Source of the DNA: Okeania sp.
GTDB lineage: Bacteria; Cyanobacteriota; Cyanobacteriia; Cyanobacteriales; Microcoleaceae
Reading direction: 5' to 3'
Length of the DNA stretch: 8,642 nucleotides
Assembly: GCF_035285525.1 (NCBI RefSeq)
Contig: NZ_JAYKGW010000063.1
Span: forward strand, 1-8,642
Shown: positions 6,804 through 8,642 of the stretch, piece after piece
Numbering within the stretch: position 1 is the first letter of the stretch
Layout: every line of letters starts with the position of its first letter
The notes under the pieces: generated by a model
Database searches by the model: none
Told to the model about the DNA's origin: nothing
What the model saw: only the letters and a program-made list of their open reading frames with translations
Made by a program: the position numbers and the translations under genes

Positions 6804-8510
6804 ATGAATTTAAAGCGAATTTTTGTCATAATTATTATTAGCAATTTACTCCATATAAATACAACAAAAATCAATAAATTTATTGTTAGTATCACCACCA
6901 TTACTGCCTTAATTACACCAAAAATTGTTCTAGGATCAACAGAATCAGAAATCAATAAAATAGCAGCAGAAATTACAGTTAGAATTGACGGACAAAATAG
7001 AAGTGGTTCAGGAGTAATTGTTGAAAAACAAGGAGAAACATATTATGTACTCACTAACTGGCACGTTGTTAATAGAGTAGCAGATTATCAAATACGCACA
7101 CCTGATGGCAGAATGCACCCGGTTTATTATTCTCTAATTAAACAAGTACCAAATCTAGATTTAGCGATCGTACCATTTAGTAGTTCTCAAAACTATCCTA
7201 TTGCCAAAACGGGAGACTCAACTCAGTTAGTTCCCGGAACCAAAGTATTTGTCGGGGGATGGCCTCGTTCTGGTAGTAATCTCCAACAACGAATTTTTCT
7301 GAGTACCGCAGGAAAGGTGACTGGTCGTCAGCAACCAGTCGCTGGTTATAGTTTACTGTATGATAATTTAGTGAGAGCGGGGATGAGTGGGGGACCTGTG
7401 CTAGATGGAGAAGGTCGTTTGGTAGCGATTAATGGTATTGTCAAATTGCAAGAAAATTCTGATATCATTGTCTCAGGAGGTATTGAAATTAATACTTTTT
7501 GGAATTGGCGAAAACGGGTTTCATTACCTACTATTTCCCCAGCGCCTGAAACTCTCTCCACTCCACCAACTCCAACAGAAACAACGACTTCTGTTCCTAC
7601 TTCTACTGTCAACTTTACTTTAGCAAAAACAATTACCGATCAAATTAATGGTATAGTTAATTCTATAGTTGCTCTAAATGCTTACATTGTTATGGGTGAC
7701 AGTAACGGTCTGATTTCAGTTTGGGATATTGAGAGTGGGGAAATTATTGCTACTTGGAAAGCACATCCAGAGTCAGTGAACTCAGTTGCGGTAACTCCTG
7801 ATCAACAATTTGTGATTAGTGGTAGTGATGACAAAACGATCAAAATATGGCAACTTCCCAAAAATAAGAATGTCACGAATATTACTTTGGTGCAAACTCT
7901 CACAGGACATACTGATGTGGTAGATGAAATAGCGATCGCTCCCAGCGGTCAATTTTTTGCCAGCGGAAGTTGGGATAAAACTATTAAAATTTGGAATTTG
8001 AGTAGTGGGGAGTTGGGGCAAACTTTAGCAGAAAATTCTCAGATAGTTAATGCGATCGCTATTAGTCCTGATGGGAAATTTTTAGCTAGTGGTGGTAAGG
8101 ATAATCAGATTAAATTATGGAGTTTAGCAACAGGTAAATTAGTTCGTTCTCTTAATACTAATTCTCTCTCAACTTTGTCTCTAACTTTCAGTCCTAATAG
8201 TCAGATATTAGCCAGTGGTAGCAGTGATGGTATGGTTAATATTTGGAACTTAAAAACAGGTGAATTAATTCATAATTTAAAAGAACATATAGATGGAGTT
8301 TGGTCGATAGTTATTAGTCCTAATGGTAAGACTTTAATTAGTGGTAGTTGGGATAAAACCATCAAATTTTGGGAACTAAATACAGGTGAATTAAAAAGAA
8401 GTTTAAAGGGACATAATAGTTATGTTAGTGCAGTAGCAATTAGTCCGAATGGGGAGATAATTGTTAGTGGTGGTTGGGACCGGAAGATTAATATTTGGAA
8501 AGTTCCTTAA
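6804..8510 (+). CDS. Trypsin-fold (S1/Trypsin_2-like) serine protease fused to a seven-bladed WD40 beta-propeller, with an N-terminal hydrophobic signal/anchor
   Basis: 568-aa ORF with GAGG (6790-6793) 10 nt upstream of the ATG. The N-terminus is MNLKR followed by IFVIIIISNLL, with a second hydrophobic stretch FIVSITTITALI. Catalytic triad in chymotrypsin-fold order: His87 in TNWHVV (nt 7062-7064), Asp119 in NLDLAIV (nt 7158-7160) and Ser195 in GMSGGPV (AGT, nt 7386-7388). Pro/Thr-rich linker PTISPAPETLSTPPTPTETTTSVPTST (about nt 7521-7607). Seven WD repeats from aa 271 to 568 (nt 7614-8507), for example SGSDDKTIKIWQL, SGSWDKTIKIWNL, SGGKDNQIKLWSL, SGSSDGMVNIWNL, SGSWDKTIKFWEL, SGGWDRKINIWKV. 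Confidence 0.93.
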   Translation: MNLKRIFVIIIISNLLHINTTKINKFIVSITTITALITPKIVLGSTESEINKIAAEITVRIDGQNRSGSGVIVEKQGETYYVLTNWHVVNRVADYQIRTPDGRMHPVYYSLIKQVPNLDLAIVPFSSSQNYPIAKTGDSTQLVPGTKVFVGGWPRSGSNLQQRIFLSTAGKVTGRQQPVAGYSLLYDNLVRAGMSGGPVLDGEGRLVAINGIVKLQENSDIIVSGGIEINTFWNWRKRVSLPTISPAPETLSTPPTPTETTTSVPTSTVNFTLAKTITDQINGIVNSIVALNAYIVMGDSNGLISVWDIESGEIIATWKAHPESVNSVAVTPDQQFVISGSDDKTIKIWQLPKNKNVTNITLVQTLTGHTDVVDEIAIAPSGQFFASGSWDKTIKIWNLSSGELGQTLAENSQIVNAIAISPDGKFLASGGKDNQIKLWSLATGKLVRSLNTNSLSTLSLTFSPNSQILASGSSDGMVNIWNLKTGELIHNLKEHIDGVWSIVISPNGKTLISGSWDKTIKFWELNTGELKRSLKGHNSYVSAVAISPNGEIIVSGGWDRKINIWKVP

Positions 8511-8642
8511 TTGGACAGGGTAAGCTCATCTTAATTGGTATAAAATGTACTTGACAAAAAAAGTACAAGGGCATCAAGAGACTAAAATCTCCAAAACGCT
8601 CATGAGAATTGAGATACTCTGCTAATTAGGGAATCAGAAAAT

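Noticed and set aside
6764-8021. ORFs 6764..6955 (-), 7346..7612 (-), 7432..7623 (+) and 7782..8021 (-)
   Set aside because: All overlap the protease-WD40 CDS in other frames or on the other strand. Their translations are low in complexity and have no motifs.
2682-8510. Idea that the c-di-GMP protein and the protease-WD40 protein form a functional two-gene system
   Set aside because: They are divergently transcribed across 837 bp of repeat-laden spacer. No domain logic links them, and co-occurrence cannot be tested here. I treat them as independent genes.
8546-8567. AT-rich 7-bp hairpin (tgtactt / aagtaca) downstream of the protease-WD40 stop, possibly a minus-strand terminator for a convergent gene beyond the window
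   Set aside because: The stem has only two G-C pairs, and the T-run is present only on the minus strand and is short. The putative convergent gene (open minus-strand frame ending near 8601) is too short in this window to evaluate.
1-8642. Search for a defence island, toxin-antitoxin pair, retron/DGR, prophage or biosynthetic cluster
   Set aside because: No nuclease, NTPase/STAND, reverse transcriptase, methyltransferase, integrase, Cas or tailoring-enzyme signatures appear in any of the listed ORFs or in the untranslated stretches I read. The only mobile-element signal is the truncated IS630 fragment and the small non-coding repeats.

Overview
AT-rich segment with six perfect HIP1 octamers (GCGATCGC) and CCCCAT-type short repeats, so almost certainly chromosomal DNA of a filamentous (Nostocales-like) cyanobacterium. 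Left to right: (i) the last ~47 codons of an upstream + strand gene, interrupted by two in-frame TGA codons and followed by a strong intrinsic terminator. (ii) A 145-aa ORF that is the N-terminal HTH/winged-helix third of an IS630-family transposase, with the DDE catalytic domain missing. (iii) About 1 kb of repeat-saturated non-coding DNA, including a locally GC-rich block with tandem 19-mers, tandem self-complementary 18-mers and a hairpin with 19-nt arms. (iv) A stand-alone type II phosphomannose-isomerase-like cupin (134 aa). (v) On the minus strand, a 1094-aa REC-GAF-PAS-PAS-GGDEF-EAL c-di-GMP signalling protein whose GGDEF motif is degenerate (GADEF) while the EAL site looks intact. (vi) An 837-bp divergent intergenic region carrying a ~200-bp MITE-like palindromic element. 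(vii) A 568-aa protein with an N-terminal hydrophobic export/anchor segment, a trypsin-fold serine protease domain (H-D-S triad identifiable), a Pro/Thr linker and a seven-bladed WD40 propeller. I see no rRNA, tRNA or CRISPR array, and no recognisable multi-gene defence, toxin-antitoxin or biosynthetic cluster. The genes look functionally unlinked. The most unusual single item is the protease-WD40 fusion; the remaining interest lies in mobile-element debris and small repeats. All homology statements come from motif recognition by eye, not database searches.
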